Notes under the pieces: generated by a model
What the model was told of the DNA's origin: nothing
Databases searched by the model: none
The model's input: the letters and a program-made list of their open reading frames with translations, nothing else
Made by a program: the position numbers and the translations under genes
Origin: an uncultured Planctomycetota bacterium
GTDB taxonomy: Bacteria; Planctomycetota; Planctomycetia; Gemmatales; Gemmataceae
Assembly (NCBI GenBank): GCA_963835245.1
Contig: CAWIEZ010000001.1
Coordinates: 156,543-220,542 of the forward strand
Direction of reading: 5' to 3'
Length of the DNA: 64,000 bases
In this document: positions 1 to 11,027 of the stretch, piece after piece
Numbering within the stretch: the stretch's first letter is position 1
Layout: every line of letters starts with the position of its first letter

Positions 1-49
1 ATGCTGTTCGTATTCAAATCGGCCCATCCTCTTACTCCAAGGAAGGAGA

Positions 50-892
50 ATGACGATGGCTCGATGGCGATTTTTAGCTTTGGCCTTGTTGGCCCTGACC
101 GTGGCTCTGGTGGGCAGTTCCGTGCCGACGAGAAGATCAATCGGACAAGAATTGATTGTGCCCTCCGCGACGCTCAAGATCACGGATGTTTCCGGCGCGG
201 ATGATCGATCCTATTCGATTTATTCGCTGAGCGACATGGGTTACGATGCGGACTTCGGCAAATGGATCGCCGAAACTATTCCGGAAGTGATCGAGCCGAA
301 CAGCTGGCAAAAGTCGGGCGGGCCGGGAGTTCTCCGCTACAATGCGGCAAAAAATTACTTGATTGTCAGCCACTCCGCTGGGGTCCAGGCCAAGGTGGAC
401 GGTTTTCTCAGGAAAGTGAAAACGTCTCTGCCGAAAGGAACCAAGACCAACTTCGCCGCGAACAAAAAATCACCGCACGCCGGCATCGTTCCCGCTTCCT
501 ACAGCGCGCCGGTTCTGCTCCACCCTTCCAATCCCGTGCCCGAAGCGTCCTCTTACCCCGTACCCGCTCCGGTCAAGCCGCCCAAGCATCTGTTTCACTT
601 CCTCATCCGCTACGAGGGCGAAGGGATCATCGACGATAACGTCGTCAAATACATGAAGGTGCAGGCGCAGGGCGAGAAAAAAAATACAAGCGACAAGGAA
701 GCGAGTCCGCCCGCGGTCACGGGCCACAGCTACAGTCCTGCTACCTCTCCAAGTCCGGTCCCGGTCCCGCCTGGAGCCGTACCCGTCTACAACGGGTCTT
801 CTGGTGGAACTCCTTCCCCGTCTCCTGTGCCGCAGGAAAAGGAAAATAAGCCCGCCGACAAGAAGGCGAAGGAAGACAAGTACCTGCGATGA
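50..892 (+). CDS. hypothetical secreted Pro/Ser-rich protein
   Basis: 280-aa ORF with a hydrophobic signal-like N-terminus (MTMARWRFLALALLALTVALVG). The C-terminal half is P/S/V-rich low complexity. No recognisable domain. Confidence 0.45.
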   Translation: MTMARWRFLALALLALTVALVGSSVPTRRSIGQELIVPSATLKITDVSGADDRSYSIYSLSDMGYDADFGKWIAETIPEVIEPNSWQKSGGPGVLRYNAAKNYLIVSHSAGVQAKVDGFLRKVKTSLPKGTKTNFAANKKSPHAGIVPASYSAPVLLHPSNPVPEASSYPVPAPVKPPKHLFHFLIRYEGEGIIDDNVVKYMKVQAQGEKKNTSDKEASPPAVTGHSYSPATSPSPVPVPPGAVPVYNGSSGGTPSPSPVPQEKENKPADKKAKEDKYLR

Positions 893-1183
893 TCCATTCG
901 GATCAGCCGCTTGCGGCTTGGCGCGAAGCCGCAAGCGGCTACCTACTCTCTCTTCCTTCGAGTAGAAGGCAGACCTCGTCGAAGAAAGCGTCTCAAGAGG
1001 CCGTGAAGCCTCCTACACATCTCAGTCCAGAGCAGACGCACGGGCCACTGGCCGCCCTGATCCTGGATGAAGCGGACGGCTACAACATGTCGGTGGCAAG
1101 CGACCATCTCGCGGTGTACACTTATTGAAGAAGACCGGACCCAATCGCTGGGATGACCGGGCTCCTACCCGGCGAGACTCACC

Positions 1184-4100
1184 ATGCCGCACTGCCGACC
1201 GCTGCCGACGACGCTCCTTCCACTCGCCCTTGCTCTCTTCGTCCCCGCGTCGCCGCTCTCCGCCGCCGAGAATAGCGATTTTTTCGAGAACAAAGTGCGT
1301 CCCCTGCTGGCGCAGCACTGCTATCGCTGTCACTCTGGGCAAGCGAAGAAACTGCGCGGCGGTCTGCGCTTGGACAGCCGCGAGGCGATGCTGGCCGGCG
1401 GAGACAGCGGGCCGGCCCTCACGCCGCGACAGCCGGACAAAAGCCGGCTTATCGAAGCCGTCACTTACAAAAACGTCGAGTTGCAGATGCCGCCGCGCGG
1501 CAAATTGTCCGATGCCGACATCGCCGACCTGACAACCTGGGTCCAAATGGGCGCGCCGTGGCCGAAACAACCATCGTCCGGCGAGTCGAACATCAGTCGA
1601 GCCGCTTTCGATCTCAAGGAGCGCAAACGTACTCACTGGGCCTGGCAGCCGATCCGCTCGCAAACTCTTCCCAAGGTGCGCGATGCGAATTGGCCGCGCG
1701 ATTCGCTCGATCGCTTCATTCTCGCCAAGCTCGATGACAAGGGACTGTCACCGGCGAAACCTGCCGACAAGCGGACGCTTCTCCGCCGACTGTATTTCGA
1801 TCTGATCGGTCTGCCGCCGTCGCGGCCAGAGGTCGAGGCATTTCTGCGCGATACCTCGCCCGATGCGGTCGAGAAGGTCGTGGATCGTCTGTTGGCGTCG
1901 CCGCACTTCGGCGAACGCTGGGGCCGCCATTGGCTCGATCTCGTGCGCTACGCCGAGACGCGCGGCCACGAATTCGACTATGCCATCCCCAACGCCTATC
2001 AGTACCGCGATTACGTCATCCGGGCGCTGAACGCCGATGTTCCGTACAACCAATTCGTCCTCGAGCATCTCGCCGGCGACTTGCTGACAAACCCGCGCCG
2101 GCATCCGCAACAGGGGTTCAACGAATCGATCCTCGGCACCGGCTTTTGGTTCCTCGGCGAAGAAGTGCATTCGCCGGTGGACATTCGGCAAGATCAAGCC
2201 GACCGCTTCGACAACAAGGTCGATGTGCTGTCCAAGGCGTTTCTCGGCCTGACCGTCGCCTGCGCACGTTGCCACGATCACAAGTTCGATGCCATCTCCA
2301 CGAAGGATTATTACGCGCTGTTCGGCTTCCTCCAGAGCAGTCATTATCGACTGGCGCGTTTCGATTCGATGGAACACAATCGCCGCGTCGCCGCGGAACT
2401 GTGGCAACTGCGCGCGAAGAGCCGGGCGACGATTCAGAAAGCGTTGGCGGAAGCGCTGCGGCCGGGAGCGGAGCGACTGGCCGACTACCTATTGGCGGCG
2501 CGACGGCGATGTTGGCTCATGCGGATGCGCCGATGCGACGTAGCGGAGATCGCCCATGCGCACAAGCTCGATGCCGCCATTCTGGGCCAATGGATAAAGC
2601 ACCTGGCAACGGCGGCGCGCGATGAAAACGATCCGCTGCACGTCTGGGCGAAGCTCGCTGCCGATCCCGCCGCGAAGTTTAGCCACGATCCGAAGCGAGA
2701 CGCGGCTAAACGGACACAAATGATAATCGATTATGCCAACAGCAAGCCGGACGACTGGCTGACCGATGGGTTCGCTTTCGGTTCCGGTCCCGTGCGTCCG
2801 GGCGAATTGCACATCGAGGGCGATGCGGCCAAACCAGAACTGCACTTTCGCGAGTATGCTGCCGCCGAGAAAGATGCGGTTTGGGACGTGTTGAAGCCGG
2901 CTCGCGGCGCGGAGAACGATCCGGGAGTGTTGGGCAGCGTGATGCGCGCCGGCCGGACGATCCGCACGCCGACGTTCCCGCTGACCACCGGCAAGGTGTT
3001 CTATCTCGTCAAGGGCAGCGGCTTCGTCTACGCCGCCGTCGGTTCGCACGTCATGATTGCCGGTCCCTTGCACGGCGCAGCTGATCCGCACTGTCCATGC
3101 TGGCGAGCGTTTCCAGTGGATCGCACACGATCTCAGCGATTACAAGGGACAACGCATCCATCTGGAGTTCACGCCCATCGGCGACGCCGCTTTCGCCGTC
3201 GCGCAGGTGGTGCAGGGCGAACCGGCAGCGTTAGCTGCCGGGTTGGGCTTACCCGACAGCTTTGGCTTACCCGGCAGCTTTGGCTTACCCGGCAGCTTAC
3301 GCAGCCGGTTCGCCAACACCGGCTCTCTCGACACGCTAGCGCAGTCGTATCAACAGCTTTTCCTCGACACGCTCCGCGAACTGGCCGCCGATCACCTCAT
3401 CGGTACGGCCGATGCGGTCGATCGCGCCCGCCTGGTGAACTGGATGACGAAGCACGCCGCTCTTTTCGGTTGCTCTGCTCCTGCTAGTGAGGAAGCCCGC
3501 ACATTCCTTGTCGAGCAAGGCAAGATTGCCGACCGCATTCACAAAGAATCGCGCCTGTGCGTGGCGATGATCGATGGCAGTGGGGAAAATGAATATGTTT
3601 TTATCCGCGGATCGCACAAGGCGCACGGCGAAACCGTGCCGCGCCGTTTCTTGGAAGCGCTCGCCGGACCTGCTCCGCTGGCGGCTCTACGCGGCAGCGG
3701 TCGGCTGGAACTGGCTCGCCAAATGATCGATCCCGCCCTCGATCCGTTTCTGCCGCGCGTTGTCGTCAATCGCGTCTGGCATCACTTGTTCGGTCGCGGC
3801 ATCGTCGCTTCGACCGATAATTTCGGCGTCCTCGGCGAGCGGCCAACGCATCCCGAATTGCTCGATTACCTCGCCGATCGCTTCATCAAGGAAGGCTGGT
3901 CGATCAAGAGATTGATTCGCCATCTCGTATTGTCGAGCGCTTATCGCATGTCGAGCCAGCCGGACACGGCCGCTGATCGCACCGATCCCGGCAATCTGTT
4001 GCTGCACCGCATGCGCCTACGTCGTTTGCAGGGTGAAGCGATCCGCGATGCCATGCTATCTCTCTCCGGGCGTTTGGACAAACGCATGCACGGCCGTTCG

Positions 4101-4559
4101 GTGTTGGTGCATCTGACGGCGTTTCAGGAAGGGCGCGGCCGGCCCGCCAGCGGGCCGCTTGACGGCGACGGTCGCCGCAGTGTGTACTTGGCAGTGCGGC
4201 GCAATTTCCTGTCGCCGTTCCTGCTCGCCTTCGATACGCCGAGTCCCTTCTCGACCGTCGGCCGCCGCACTGTTTCCAATGTGCCGGCACAGTCGCTCAT
4301 TCTGCTCAACGATCCGTTCGTGCATCAGCAAGCGTCGCTCTGGGCGAAGCGCGTCCTCGCCGAGCCTGGCCCGACCCGCGAGCGAATCATTCGCATGTAT
4401 GAAAGCGCTTTCACCCGTCCACCGACAGAATCAGAGTTGGCGGCGTGCGTGGCTTTCCTCGCTCGCCAGCCCGCAACGCAAGCAAGGGACGATCCCGCTG
4501 TGTGGGCGGACCTCGCGCATGTGCTGTTCAACGTCAAGGAATTTATTTTCGTGAACTGA
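1184..4559 (+). CDS. PSCyt1/DUF1549/DUF1553 family protein (Planctomycete cytochrome-C-domain protein); apparent frameshift near 3075-3085
   Basis: N-terminus has signal + CxxCH-type motif (HCYRCHSGQAKKLRGGLRLDS), then DUF1549-like (RDYVIRALNADVPYNQF) and DUF1553-like (VNRVWHHLFGRGIVASTDNFG) regions. The 1184 frame turns to nonsense after ~3080 and the 3057 frame continues the family. Paired with the downstream DUF1501 gene, as is typical. Confidence 0.8.
3245..3298 (+). repeat. 18-bp x3 in-frame tandem repeat (GLPDSF/GLPGSF/GLPGS) inside the PSCyt gene
   Basis: ggcttacccgacagcttt / ggcttacccggcagcttt / ggcttacccggcagctta, read directly from the sequence. Confidence 0.85.
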
Positions 4560-4577
4560 CAGCGGCGGAACACTTGT

Positions 4578-5990
4578 ATGCACTGCGGACGCTTCATCCC
4601 AACGCCCTTGAGCCGACGCGACATGCTGTTGCGTTGCGCCAACGGCTTCGGCGCCGTCGCGCTGTCGGCGCTGCTCGCCGAAGAGGGTCATTCCGCCGCC
4701 GCGCTGTCCGCGCCGCACTTCGCTGCCCGTGCTCGCAACATCATCTTTCTCTACATGGACGGCGGACCCTCGCAGGTGGATACCTTCGATTACAAGCCGC
4801 TCTTGGAGAAATATCACGGCCGCGATCCGCACAGCATCTTCAAGGTCGAGCCGACGCAGTTCAACAATGTCGGCCGCGTGATGGCCTCGCCGTGGAAGTT
4901 CCGCCGTCGCGGCCAAAGCGGTCTGTGGGTCAGCGATCTGTTTCCGCACGTCGCCGAGTGCATCGACGATCTCTGCGTCATCCGCTCGATGGTGTCGAAG
5001 TTCCCGGAGCATACTAGCGCCAATTATTTCCTCCACACCGGCTCCGGCGTGCAAGGTCGGCCGAGCATGGGCGCGTGGGTCAGCTACGGCTTGGGCAGCC
5101 TCAACAAGAACCTGCCCGGCTTCATCGTCCTCAACGGCGGCCTCATTCCGCCGGGCGGTGCGGACAATTTCAACAGCGGCTTCCTGCCCGCCGCTTATCA
5201 AGGATCGATCTTCCGCTCCACCGATCCGCCCGTGGCCAACATCCGCCGCTTGGAAGCGACCGACGAACAGCAGCGACGCAAACTCAATCTGCTGCGCCGC
5301 CTCGACGACAGCGTCGCGGCGCGCGGCGGACACGACGATGCCATCGAGTCGGCCATCGCCAATTACGAGACCGCCTACCGCATGCAGTCGGCCGTGCCGG
5401 AACTGATGGATCTCAAGGGCGAAAGCGCGGCGACGAAAAAACTGTATGGACTCGATGCGGAATACGCACCGACGCGCATCTTCGCCACGGAATGCCTCAT
5501 CGCTCGCCGCTTGATCGAACGCGGAGCGCGCTTCATCGAGCTAACCTGCCCCAGTGTAGGCGTCGATCGCTGGGATCAACACGGCGGATTGAAGGACGGA
5601 CACGAGAAGAACGCTCGCGCCGTCGATCAACCGATTGCCGCGCTCTTAAAAGACCTTAAAAGTCGCGGAATGCTGGAAGACACGCTGGTTCTCTGGGGCG
5701 GCGAGTTCGGCCGCACGCCGTTCGCGCAGGGCAGCGATGGCCGCGATCACGATCAATTCGGCTTCACGATCTGGATGGCCGGCGGCGGCGTCAAGGGCGG
5801 ATATGTCTACGGCGAGACCGATGAGTTCGGTTACAAAGTCGTCGCCGACAAGGTCGAGATCCACGATCTGCACGCTACGCTGCTGCATCTCTTGGGCGTC
5901 GATCACAAACGTCTGACGGTGCGCTTCGGCGGCCGCGATATGCGGCTGACCGATGTGCATGGCGAAATCGTCAAGGACATACTCTCCTGA
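4578..5990 (+). CDS. DUF1501 family protein (sulfatase-like, Tat signal)
   Basis: 470 aa. RRDML twin-arginine N-terminus and FLYMDGGPSQVDTFDYKP... motifs characteristic of DUF1501. Sits immediately downstream of the PSCyt/DUF1553 gene. Confidence 0.85.
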   Translation: MHCGRFIPTPLSRRDMLLRCANGFGAVALSALLAEEGHSAAALSAPHFAARARNIIFLYMDGGPSQVDTFDYKPLLEKYHGRDPHSIFKVEPTQFNNVGRVMASPWKFRRRGQSGLWVSDLFPHVAECIDDLCVIRSMVSKFPEHTSANYFLHTGSGVQGRPSMGAWVSYGLGSLNKNLPGFIVLNGGLIPPGGADNFNSGFLPAAYQGSIFRSTDPPVANIRRLEATDEQQRRKLNLLRRLDDSVAARGGHDDAIESAIANYETAYRMQSAVPELMDLKGESAATKKLYGLDAEYAPTRIFATECLIARRLIERGARFIELTCPSVGVDRWDQHGGLKDGHEKNARAVDQPIAALLKDLKSRGMLEDTLVLWGGEFGRTPFAQGSDGRDHDQFGFTIWMAGGGVKGGYVYGETDEFGYKVVADKVEIHDLHATLLHLLGVDHKRLTVRFGGRDMRLTDVHGEIVKDILS

Positions 5991-5999
5991 AAAACTCTC

Positions 6000-7082
6000 T
6001 CAAGATCTGGTAAAGAGCGTCGCCGTCAGCAGATAGCGGAAGCGATAGCGCTCCGGTTCCGCCTTCAAGCGGGCATGGATTCGCCCATATAACTCATCGA
6101 GGATTGTGCTATCGCCGTCATCTTCCACCAGGGCCGCTCGCGCCACCGGCTCGGAAAAAGCACGCAGAAAACCCGTATAATCATCTGCCAACTTCGTTCT
6201 ATCTCCGCGGCGCTCAAACTCGATGAAAAATGGAATCGGCACTTCCAACGTCTCGGCGCGATCGACCGTGAACGCGCCTTTTACCGACGAGTCGTCGCGC
6301 TCCAGCGGCGCCAGCGTCTCCGCCACGGTGCGGAAATACAAGGGCATCGTGAAGCGCTCATAGCGTTGATGCGGCAGTCGGCCGGCGGCAACCAAATCGA
6401 GGCAGGCATCGTTGAGTACGTCGTAGATTCCGTCGGCGAGGCGTTGCTCGGCGGCATCGCCGGGGCTGACGATCAGCAGCTTGCCTCCAGAAACCAATTC
6501 CGCAGCGCGGCACTCCAGAAAACGAACGAGATCGCCATCGGCCTGCCGCGCGAAAGCGTCGGCGGTCTCCGGCGGCACATGCAAACCCGGACGCGGCGGA
6601 TGCGGCCGGCGATAGACGACAAAGTCGGGCACGACCGCGGCCGGCAATTCATCGAGCCACAAGAGCGCGTTGAAGCACAGAGCGAAATGGACGCGGCAAG
6701 GCGGCACCAGCGGCTCGTAGAACGATCCCGCCGCCGCGCTGGCGAAGACGCCGGGATCGATACGGCCCGCCGTCCGCGCCTCGTGAAGATTCAGAAACAA
6801 GCGGTTGAAGTTATTGGATGGCAGATCGCTGTAAATCGTCTCCACGACCTGATCGCTCCGCCGTCGTCGAACCGCCTCCACGATCGTGTTCATGGTTACG
6901 AGCGCATTGCGTCCTTCCGAGGAGCCGAGATCCAGTACGGTCAAGGGGTGAGAAGCCGGCGGCAGCGGCAGGATAGCGACGGCGTTTTCGATCCAATCCT
7001 GTACTAGCTGCATCGATGCCAGCTGAGCCGCCGAGTATCGATCATAATAGCCCGCTCCTTTCATCCCTGTCGTCACCGGCAT
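6000..7082 (-). CDS. SAM-dependent methyltransferase, SABATH-like (Methyltransf_7)
   Basis: Motifs LDLGSSEGRNA, YSDLPSNNFN, GSFYEPLVPPCRVHFALCFNALLWL parallel the SABATH carboxyl-MT motifs (DLGCS / NDLPGNDFN / GSFYGRLFP..LHF..SS.SLHWLS). Confidence 0.55.
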   Translation of the reverse strand: MPVTTGMKGAGYYDRYSAAQLASMQLVQDWIENAVAILPLPPASHPLTVLDLGSSEGRNALVTMNTIVEAVRRRRSDQVVETIYSDLPSNNFNRLFLNLHEARTAGRIDPGVFASAAAGSFYEPLVPPCRVHFALCFNALLWLDELPAAVVPDFVVYRRPHPPRPGLHVPPETADAFARQADGDLVRFLECRAAELVSGGKLLIVSPGDAAEQRLADGIYDVLNDACLDLVAAGRLPHQRYERFTMPLYFRTVAETLAPLERDDSSVKGAFTVDRAETLEVPIPFFIEFERRGDRTKLADDYTGFLRAFSEPVARAALVEDDGDSTILDELYGRIHARLKAEPERYRFRYLLTATLFTRS

Positions 7083-7231
7083 GAATCAATCTCCTCTCTC
7101 CTCCCCTTCGCTGTCCGTGTAGCGACGCTCCGCCGAAGCGTTGCTAATTCGCAACCGCATCTTTTGCTATACTGGGTTTAGCGAGGGAGGAGTAGGCGGC
7201 GCACTGGGCAAACAAGAGTTGAGAGATTGCA

Positions 7232-7669
7232 ATGAACGATCGAGGGAGTGCAATCATGGGACGGATCAACGTGGAAGTCGGGCTGGCCAATAACATTGAT
7301 GTTCAGATGTGCGGGATGGGTGCGCTAGCAGCAGACAAGGTGCGGCGACTGCGGCTCACCTGCATGGTAGACACCGGCGCCAGTCATCTGGTATTGCCGG
7401 AGAGCGCGGTCAACCAACTGGGTCTGCCGGATGTGGGAACCGCCCCCGTCCGCTACGCCGACCAGCGGAAGGAAGTTCGCCGTGTCGTCGATCAGGTCGA
7501 GGTCGAGGTGCTGGGTCGCCGCGGCACTTTTAAGGCCGTGGTCGAGCCGGCCCGCAGCGACGCCCTCCTGGGTGCCATTGTTCTGGAAGATCTGGATTTG
7601 GTGCCGGACTGTCGCACGCAAACTCTCCAACCGCGCGATCCCAAACAGGTCATTTACGAGATCGAATAA
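7232..7669 (+). CDS. clan AA (retropepsin-like) aspartic protease, DTGA type
   Basis: VDTGASHLVLP active-site motif. ~130-145 aa, typical of bacterial retropepsin-like proteins. The start could be the internal Met at 7256. Confidence 0.7.
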   Translation: MNDRGSAIMGRINVEVGLANNIDVQMCGMGALAADKVRRLRLTCMVDTGASHLVLPESAVNQLGLPDVGTAPVRYADQRKEVRRVVDQVEVEVLGRRGTFKAVVEPARSDALLGAIVLEDLDLVPDCRTQTLQPRDPKQVIYEIE

Positions 7670-7732
7670 ATCCACAAAGACAGCGCCTCACCTCATCAGA
7701 AACGGAAATTTAGATTGGTAATCACCTGATAC

Positions 7733-8762
7733 TCATACGGTTTTGGTCCCGTTAAAGGCGCGTCCCACGCCGACGCCCAGCACGGCACGGCGCAGAAAGA
7801 CGTAAAAACCACCTGTGAAATCCATTATGAAGGGAAAGCCGATCGGCAGGCTGTCCAGACCCTGGTGATTGAGCGGCGAAGTTAAGTGTAGTTCCGCGTC
7901 CGGCACGATGGCGCAGGAGCCGATTCGGCTCGTCGCTGCGATAAAGCCAGTAACCCACGCCCACGCTCTTGAAGAAGAGTATTGCCTCGCGCGCATCGGT
8001 GGGCACGGCCACCGATAGGAACCCCTGCACGAAAAGACTTTTGCAATTCCATAGGTCGCCGAGCCACGGCTGGAAGATGACCGGATTGACCGACGATTGA
8101 CCCGGAAAATGCAAAGCCGGTCCCGTCGGAGCCGTCACCACCAGACCGCCCGCGAACACGTCGCCCGTAGCTCGATCATTAACGAAGGCGTACTTGAGAA
8201 GAACACTGACATCGCCGACGCGCGTTTCGTTCAAGCCAGGATCGCCGGTTAGCTGGAAGTACGGCAGACGCATACCGACCGAGGCGTTGCCTTGCAGAAA
8301 CGTCTTCTCGAAGCCAATCATTTCGCGGTACACATTGGCATAAGAAGCATTGGACGCGAACAACGATCGACCCACGCCGTTGAAATACTGGCCGGTTACA
8401 AAGACGCGATCCAGAGGGCGAGGACTTTCGTTGTCCGAGATTTTGAAGGAACTAAGGAACGCCACGGGAGCGATGGCTTCAACGCGGCTGCCGATGGCTT
8501 GGCGAAAGGCTTCGATTTCCAGCAGATCGCCGAACATGCCGGGAGGAGAGAGGAATAGCGGCGATGGTATCGTCTCCATCGCGCCGCCACGCAGGGGGTC
8601 GGCGAACGGTTGTTCCGGCACGGACGGCGCGGGCGGCAGCGAATTCCCCTCGGCCGGAACAGAGAGGGGAGGAAGGATACTTACCGGCTCCTGAGACGAG
8701 AGGAACGGCGACGGTAGGACGAAATAACTTCCGAGGCAGAGAAGCAAGCGCAGCCACTTCAT
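7733..8762 (-). CDS. putative outer-membrane/secreted beta-barrel-like protein; apparent frameshift near 7930-7996
   Basis: Start MKWLRLLLCLGSYFVLPS (signal). The body is in the 7752..8801 frame and the C-terminus continues in the 7733..7996 frame. No confident family assignment. Confidence 0.4.
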
Positions 8763-8950
8763 GTCGCCCCCGGTCCATCGCCGCTTCGGCGTCTTGGGCA
8801 AAATGGCGAAGCAAATCCAGCCGCGATTTCCCCGATGTCTGCCTGGCGATTTCGCGTTCAGCGGTCGGCGTCTATACCGTCTTCAAGGAATTGGCACAAG
8901 GGTAATTGTGATAGAATTATGATCGCATAGCCTGGAGTAAGCTGTTCCGG

Positions 8951-9322
8951 CTAAGGAAGTGCCTGGATGGCGACCTTGCCGTACTTGCGTACTTGCACCT
9001 TCAACTCGTAGCCGTCCAACAGCGCCATACCGATCAACGGCGCGGTGTCCGCTTCATCCACCGGGAGTTGGCGTCGCCGCCTGTCCCATACCACGGTGCC
9101 TTCATAGATGTCGAAAGGTGTTTCGCTGCCATCGGCCAACACAGCGTTACCGCGTCGCTGCCACGGCAACTCGAGTAGAGAGATAAGCGCGGGCGGTAAA
9201 CTGAGCCAGCCGTCGAAGCCGGTATCGATCACCGCTTCGATCCGCTGCTGATTCCCGGTGGGACCGCGCACGAGGAGACGGACGATCGCCTCTCGGTCAA
9301 CGTTGACGACGCCACGGATCAT
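8951..9322 (-). CDS. clan AA aspartic protease, DTGF type (AF_0612-like)
   Basis: IDTGFDGWLSLP motif. 123 aa. Overlaps the upstream partner gene by 4 nt (ATGA). Confidence 0.7.
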   Translation of the reverse strand: MIRGVVNVDREAIVRLLVRGPTGNQQRIEAVIDTGFDGWLSLPPALISLLELPWQRRGNAVLADGSETPFDIYEGTVVWDRRRRQLPVDEADTAPLIGMALLDGYELKVQVRKYGKVAIQALP

Positions 9323-9594
9323 AAAGCCGCCGACCGTCGAGGGGAACCAAATCGGCGCGAAAAACGCGAGCCAACGCGCCGCATCCAGACTTGCGCGTCA
9401 GGGTGGCGCGCCCGTAGACGATCCGACGCGGCCAACTCGCTCTCATCCACTTCAAACGCCCCCGTTTCGATGTCGATCAGCACAAAATGGCTTACGGGGA
9501 TCCCTTCGAGATGAGGGCGAATATCGCGCGCGAAAATCTCCTCACCGCGCCGAGCGAATTCTTCTTTACTGTAACGAGGTCGAGTAGATCCCAT
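9319..9594 (-). CDS. small conserved partner protein translationally coupled to the DTGF protease
   Basis: 91 aa (YSKEEFARRGEEIFARDIRP...FVLIDIETGAFEV...VWMRRVG). Its stop overlaps the protease start. Confidence 0.55.
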   Translation of the reverse strand: MGSTRPRYSKEEFARRGEEIFARDIRPHLEGIPVSHFVLIDIETGAFEVDESELAASDRLRARHPDAQVWMRRVGSRFSRRFGSPRRSAAL

Positions 9595-9695
9595 GATTTT
9601 TCTCTACCTTACAGAGAGGAAGTTCTGTCGAACCCAATGTAGACCATCTTCCGATGGCTGCCAAGAGACAAACCGCGAGCGTGTTTCCTCGAATC

Positions 9696-10814
9696 TCAAA
9701 TCGCCGCGCACTCCAGGCCGAACGTGGCGGCGACGGCGGGATTCGTCACTTTGCCCTGATGCACGTTGAGACCGTGCCGAAGCGCCGCGTTGTCACCGAT
9801 AGCACACTCGAACCCCTTACGCGCCAGTTCCAACACATACGGCAGCGTCACATTCGTCAGAGCATAGGTACTCGTTCTACCGACGGCGCCCGGCATGTTG
9901 GTGACGCAGTAGTGCAGCACGTCATCGACGAGAAACGTCGGTTGGCTATGCGTGGTGGGCCGCGACGTTTCGATGCAGCCGCCCTGATCGATGGCCACGT
10001 CGATGATGACGGCGCGCGGCGGCATGCGTTTGAGATCCTCGCGGCGCACCAGATTCGGCGTTCGCGCTCCAGGGATAAGCACCGCGCCGATGAGCAGATC
10101 CGTGCGCGCCAAACTGTCGAGGATGTTGTGGCGATCGCTGTACAGCGTGGTGACGTTGCGCGGCATCACGTCGTCGAGATAGCGCAGGCGATCGAGATTG
10201 ATGTCGAGAATGGCGACGTTGGCGCCGAGTCCGGCGGCGACCTTGGCTGCGTTGGCGCCGACGACGCCGCCGCCGAGAATGACCACGTTGGCGGGCAGTA
10301 CGCCGGGAACGCCGCCGAGCAGAATGCCGCGCCCCTCGAACGGTCGTTCGAGAAACTTCGCGCCTTCCTGAATGCTCATACGGCCGGCCACTTCGCTCAT
10401 CGGCGTCAACAGCGGCAGCCGGCCCTTGTCGTCGCGGATCGTCTCGTAGGCGATGGCGCTGATGCCCGACTGCATGACGGCGCGCGTCAGCGATTCATCG
10501 GCGGCAAAGTGGAAATAGGTAAAGACGATTTGCCCCGCGCGCATCAGCGGCCATTCGACCGGCAACGGCTCCTTGACTTTGACGATGAGATGAGCATGCC
10601 GCCACACGTCGGCGGCGCTGGCGACAATCTCGGCGCCGTGCTGCTGATACTGTTCGTCGCTGATGCCGCTGCCCTGGCCGGCCCCCGCTTGGATGAGAAC
10701 CTTGTGCCCCGCACGGGTCAATTCCTCGACGCCGACGGGAATGAGGGCGACGCGCGATTCGTGCGTTTTGATTTCGTTGGGGACGCCGACCACATAGTTC
10801 GATCCTTGTGGCAT
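9696..10814 (-). CDS. ald: alanine dehydrogenase
   Basis: Full-length match to the Ald family (VVGVPNEIKTHESRVALIP..., Rossmann GGGVVG). ATG at 10814 is preceded by a GAGG RBS. The ORF-track start at 10829 is a TTG. Confidence 0.9.
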   Translation of the reverse strand: MPQGSNYVVGVPNEIKTHESRVALIPVGVEELTRAGHKVLIQAGAGQGSGISDEQYQQHGAEIVASAADVWRHAHLIVKVKEPLPVEWPLMRAGQIVFTYFHFAADESLTRAVMQSGISAIAYETIRDDKGRLPLLTPMSEVAGRMSIQEGAKFLERPFEGRGILLGGVPGVLPANVVILGGGVVGANAAKVAAGLGANVAILDINLDRLRYLDDVMPRNVTTLYSDRHNILDSLARTDLLIGAVLIPGARTPNLVRREDLKRMPPRAVIIDVAIDQGGCIETSRPTTHSQPTFLVDDVLHYCVTNMPGAVGRTSTYALTNVTLPYVLELARKGFECAIGDNAALRHGLNVHQGKVTNPAVAATFGLECAAI

Positions 10815-11027
10815 CTTTTTGCCTCGCAATTGTCGTAATTAGACATTCGGAGCCACAACCTTGCGGCTTCCTTCTCGCAGATCGCAGGCTATTGTGGATA
10901 GCCTCGTCAAGTGAATCAAGCGCTATTTCTCTCGTCCCCACGCGGAGCGCGAGAACGAGATGGTTGCAGTCACGGTTGCATCCGGTTATGATCGCTGCCG
11001 AGTCGCCGACTTTCCCGGAGAACTACC

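Noticed and set aside
889-1128. 79-aa ORF between the first two genes
   Set aside because: Short, with no RBS or domain. Probably an intergenic chance ORF.
3080-3487. C-terminal 135 aa of ORF 1184..3487 (…LTRQLWLTRQLWLTRQL…) as a real protein tail
   Set aside because: It is out-of-frame translation of the GLPGSF repeat region. The 3057 frame continues the DUF1553-family sequence.
9654-10838. 394-aa plus-strand ORF
   Set aside because: It is antisense to the clearly conserved alanine dehydrogenase gene. It is a typical long spurious ORF in high-GC DNA, with an Arg/Ala/Gly-rich nonsense composition.
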